Below the pieces are notes generated by a model. That model made no database searches and was not told the origin of the DNA. It saw nothing but the letters and a program-made list of their open reading frames with translations. DNA of 64,000 nt from an uncultured Akkermansia sp. (GTDB lineage Bacteria; Verrucomicrobiota; Verrucomicrobiia; Verrucomicrobiales; V1-33), in the NCBI GenBank assembly GCA_964523105.1, contig CAZFZN010000003.1, forward strand, positions 251,707 to 315,706. Reading direction: 5' to 3'. The position numbers and the translations under genes are program-made. Shown here one piece after another: positions 61,007 through 64,000 of this stretch. Positions within the stretch are counted from its first letter, which is position 1; every line of letters begins with the position of its first letter.

Positions 61007-62449
61007 CTAATTCTTAGCCGGCAGAGCGGAAGTGATGACTTCGACGACTTTCTCCGCCAGATGGAGAGAACCGGCAGCGGTGAAATGCACGTCCGCGCGC
61101 CTTTGCAGTTCCGGTTTCTCCATGGCGCGGGTGTAGAGGGCATCGGTCGGAATGCCGGCCGCGGTCATCACCCGGGCGGCAGCCTCGTTGTATTTCAGTT
61201 CGTCGCCTTTGCTCCGGCCTTTGGCGCCGTCCGGCACCGGCGTCGTTTCCGCCCAAATGAGCTTCGACCCGGTGGCTTTGAGGCGTGCGGTTAGGTCCGT
61301 GAGATTCTTCGCGTAATCCGGCAGGGGGACCTGCGGGTGCGCGCCTGCGGATCTCACGTCCACTATCCCATCACCTTTGGCTCCGACGTATTTGAGGTCG
61401 TGCAGCCCCCAGTTGAAGTGAATGACGCTCCACTGCCTGCCGGCGAGCCAGTCGTCGAGGAATTCCACGCCGCGCGTCGTGGGACCGCCATTCACCGGCA
61501 CGCGCCAGACGTTGGCGCGGCCTGACAGGAGCCGGCGCACATCCGCGGTGTAACCGATGGAGATGGAATCGCCGATCAGCAGCACGTTGGGCAGCCCGGG
61601 CTCCACTTTTTCCGGAACGGACAAACGCGCGTTCACTTCACTGCCGCCAGCTTTGAAGTTTCCGAGAAGGAAATCCACGATCGGTGCCGGGTCTTTCAGG
61701 CTGTGCGGATGATGTTTCACACCGGGCTTGTGGATGACTTTGATTTCTCCGCCGAGTTCCGTGTATTTCTTTTCGAGCAGGCCGGTGTTTTCCTCGTAAG
61801 GCACCACGTCGTCAGCGTCTCCCACGACGTGCAGAAGCGGGATGTGCGCTTTGGCGAGCGGTTCCAGATGGTTGATGGGACTTTGTGCGCCGGTCTGCGC
61901 CTCTTCGTCAGTCAGTCCATAGACCTTCAATAATCGCGCCCGGTCTTCGGGAGAGTTTTTTCCCTTTCCGGCACCCAGCGGCCAGCTGCGGAAGTCGCAG
62001 ACCGGCGCATCGTTGTAGATGCTGGAAACGCTGCCCGGATTCCTGGCCGCCCAGTTCAGTGAGAACAGCCCGCCGCGACTGAATCCCTCAAGAACAACCT
62101 TGCCTGCGAGACCGCGGCCGGAGGTCATCCGGCGGTAAAACTTATCCATGGCATCGAGCGCCGGCGGACCTCCGTAGAGATTCTGCACGTCGAGATAAGC
62201 CACGTGCCAGCCCTTCGCCAGCAGGGCGGCATCGGCCTGCGGTTCGTGGTCGAAAAACTCCATGCGCCAGATCCACGGACGTCCCGCGGCCGGTTGCGCC
62301 GGGCAGACCAGAATGGCGGCGCGTCCTTCGCAGGTGAAGTCGTGACGTTCTCCGCCGTGCCATTCGCTGAGGCGCTCCGCCGCCTGGCTGGTGGCGACGG
62401 CAGCGAAAGCGGCAAACAGGACAGGGCGGAGCAGTGCGGGAGCAGTCAT
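61007..62449 (-). CDS. secreted bifunctional-looking hydrolase: alpha/beta-fold (dienelactone-hydrolase/esterase-like) N-domain fused to SGNH/GDSL C-domain
   Basis: I moved the start to ATG 62449 (MTAPALLRPVLFAAFAAVATSQA, a signal peptide). The N-domain has the LEGFSRGG elbow, GDADDVVP and HHPHS. The C-domain has block I VLLIGDSISIGY, HFNWGLHD and HF(T). Confidence 0.7.
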   Translation of the reverse strand: MTAPALLRPVLFAAFAAVATSQAAERLSEWHGGERHDFTCEGRAAILVCPAQPAAGRPWIWRMEFFDHEPQADAALLAKGWHVAYLDVQNLYGGPPALDAMDKFYRRMTSGRGLAGKVVLEGFSRGGLFSLNWAARNPGSVSSIYNDAPVCDFRSWPLGAGKGKNSPEDRARLLKVYGLTDEEAQTGAQSPINHLEPLAKAHIPLLHVVGDADDVVPYEENTGLLEKKYTELGGEIKVIHKPGVKHHPHSLKDPAPIVDFLLGNFKAGGSEVNARLSVPEKVEPGLPNVLLIGDSISIGYTADVRRLLSGRANVWRVPVNGGPTTRGVEFLDDWLAGRQWSVIHFNWGLHDLKYVGAKGDGIVDVRSAGAHPQVPLPDYAKNLTDLTARLKATGSKLIWAETTPVPDGAKGRSKGDELKYNEAAARVMTAAGIPTDALYTRAMEKPELQRRADVHFTAAGSLHLAEKVVEVITSALPAKN

Positions 62450-62490
62450 GGCACCGCATAAGCCGCGATGCCCCAGCCTGGCAAGCCGGC

Positions 62491-64000
62491 TCACTCTCCC
62501 TGAATGCGCAGCACCCCTTTCATCACCATCCAGTGCCCCGGAAACGTGCAAATGTAAGGATATTCGCCTGCTTTCGCGGGGGCGTCGAAGTGGATGGTGA
62601 ATTCACCGTTGGGGTTCACCATATCCGTCCAGGCAAGCACTTCCGGGACATCCGGCACGTAATGCCGCGAGAATCCCCGGGGATCCGAAATCAGCCTGTT
62701 GGCCAGTTCGCCGACTTTTTCAAAGGACCCGGGCGAGAGCAGCACCCAGTTGTGCGGGAGAACATCCGGATTGGCAAATGTCAGGCTCACGCGTTCCCCG
62801 GCGCGGGCGGTGAGGTCTTTGGTCGCGAACTGCAGGCCGGCGGCGGATTCCACGCGCAGCGTCCGGCCGGGCTGACCTTTGGTGAAGGGATTGGCCATCA
62901 GCGGCGCGTCGTCGGCCTGCCCGTTCTGACCTGTCCACAAGGTCTTCGCGATCACTTTGTATTCCGGGTACTCCGTGAACGGCAACCCGAGCACATGAGC
63001 GGTGATAAAGAGTTCCCGCCACGCACCGTTTTGCGGCTGCACCGCGAGATGGATCGTATGCGCGGGCTGCAGTTGCGGGATTTCCAGAAACAGCGAGCGA
63101 CCATCACGCAGGATATGGGCGGAAGTGATTTCCAGCACATCGTGACCGGGTGTGTTGGGATAACGCAGCGAAAGTTCCGGCGAACCGTAGGCGGCGGAGT
63201 AACGGTAATTCCAGCACTGCGCGAAATGTTGCTTCGCCTCCCCGGCACCGGCATCGAGCCTTTCCGAAAACGTCAGGAGAATCCCGTTGTCCCGGGCCTC
63301 GAAAGCCACCGGCAACTGCACGGGCCCGCCGGTATAGCGCACGCGCTGCAGGCAGCCGTCGTGCGGCGTGTAGGTGCCCCAGCCGCACATGCCGCTGAGA
63401 TACAGCTGCCCGTCGTGCGGGCTGAAGCGCGCGCGGTGCACGCCGGCATTGAAGTCTCCCGGCAGCGGCACGGCAGCCCCCTGCCAAACATCCCCGATCC
63501 TCTGCCGCAGGATCAGCATGTGCGTGCCCGCGCCATAGCTCGTGTGAATCAACTGACCTTTCAGCGGTCCCCAGCGGTCGTCCGGCACCCATGTCTGTCC
63601 GCCGGAGGAATTATCGATGCCGCGCGGCAGCCACACCAGCGGCGGCAGCGTCTTCTTGCCCGGCTGCGGGCCGCGATAGCCGTAGAAGCCGCCCGGCGTG
63701 ATTTGCGCGATGGCGCTCGTCGGCGTCCATTCGCCCTCGGAATACGGCACCGTCAGGGTTCCGTCCGGCGCGAGGCCGAGCCCGTCAGGATTGCGGAATC
63801 CGGTCGCGATCACCTCCGCCCTTCTTCCCGGCGTGAGCTTGAGCAGACCGTCATTGGCGGATGCCGTGTAGAAGTTCCCCGCTGCATCGCGCTCCAGCCC
63901 GCACATGAAATCGTGCCCGCCCGTCGGGGTCTCGAAATCATTGGTCAGGCACTCGTAAAAGTCCGCTTCGCCGTCGTCGTTCAGGTCATGGAGCCGCGTG
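62491..64000 (-). CDS. C-terminal part of a large PVC-type putative dehydrogenase/beta-propeller protein ending in an azurin-like cupredoxin domain (5' end outside window)
   Basis: The frame stays open to the window edge (..HDLNDDGEADFYECLTNDFETPTGGHDFMCGLERD). The C-terminal sequence PHNWVL...YICTFPGHWMVMKG supplies His, Cys, His and Met type-1 copper ligand spacing. Confidence 0.7.
   Translation of the reverse strand, partial: TRLHDLNDDGEADFYECLTNDFETPTGGHDFMCGLERDAAGNFYTASANDGLLKLTPGRRAEVIATGFRNPDGLGLAPDGTLTVPYSEGEWTPTSAIAQITPGGFYGYRGPQPGKKTLPPLVWLPRGIDNSSGGQTWVPDDRWGPLKGQLIHTSYGAGTHMLILRQRIGDVWQGAAVPLPGDFNAGVHRARFSPHDGQLYLSGMCGWGTYTPHDGCLQRVRYTGGPVQLPVAFEARDNGILLTFSERLDAGAGEAKQHFAQCWNYRYSAAYGSPELSLRYPNTPGHDVLEITSAHILRDGRSLFLEIPQLQPAHTIHLAVQPQNGAWRELFITAHVLGLPFTEYPEYKVIAKTLWTGQNGQADDAPLMANPFTKGQPGRTLRVESAAGLQFATKDLTARAGERVSLTFANPDVLPHNWVLLSPGSFEKVGELANRLISDPRGFSRHYVPDVPEVLAWTDMVNPNGEFTIHFDAPAKAGEYPYICTFPGHWMVMKGVLRIQGE

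Noticed and set aside
1-64000. Search for CRISPR arrays, tRNA/rRNA genes, transposases and integrases
   Set aside because: I saw no regularly spaced direct repeats with unique spacers, no cloverleaf-like or rRNA-like conserved segments, and no transposase or integrase motifs. This absence is based on visual reading only, not on tRNAscan or Infernal.

Overview
This is a high-GC (roughly 65%) chromosomal segment. Its gene content looks like the PVC superphylum, most likely Verrucomicrobiota: sulfatases, DUF1552, DUF1080, giant LamG/CotH proteins, WD40 Ser/Thr kinases, and a dehydrogenase ending in a cupredoxin domain. That placement is inference only. The high GC produces many long spurious antisense ORFs, so I kept only frames with recognisable family motifs, and I re-derived several start codons from the sequence.

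Gene layout:
- 1-2247: glycan-modification genes.
- 2415-20497: a long minus-strand block. It encodes secreted amide and ester hydrolases (two choloylglycine-hydrolase/amidohydrolase pairs, a third amidohydrolase, a DUF1254/1214 protein and an alpha/beta hydrolase), a bizarre Pro/Arg/Asn-rich His/Trp-rich TPR protein, an NTF2-like protein, a FixJ-type two-component system and an AsnB-like amidotransferase.
- 20620-28919: two giant LamG/CotH surface proteins.
- 29014-33505: a GxxExxY-like nuclease-fold gene and a CRTAC1/ASPIC-thioredoxin-TPR gene.
- 33548-35672: an SQR/TusE-DsrC/DsrE sulfur module.
- 36341 onward: a kinase-WD40 gene, ruvA, two sulfatases, DUF1552, an aldehyde dehydrogenase, an HNH cassette, DUF1080, phhB, aroK, a second kinase, BrnT/BrnA, thiH, hicB with a degraded hicA, pheA, and a hydrolase fusion.

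No rRNA, tRNA or CRISPR array was recognised.

Most interesting observations:
1. Two genes are each split by a single in-frame TGA. One TGA sits exactly at the first Cys of a DUF255/thioredoxin-type CxxC position. Both are followed by 8-bp bulged hairpins with 7-nt GGU loops. They could be selenocysteine codons or nonsense pseudogenes.
2. An HNH-endonuclease two-gene cassette is bracketed by a 76-bp duplication of the 3' end of the neighbouring gene.
3. A roughly 35-nt start-proximal leader occurs three times around a GxxExxY-like gene.
4. A perfect 15-bp inverted repeat lies on an in-frame ~75-nt insertion inside a kinase catalytic core, and the 3' 2.3 kb of that gene is a compositional outlier.
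5. Three paralogous amidohydrolases share CxC-containing C-terminal tails.
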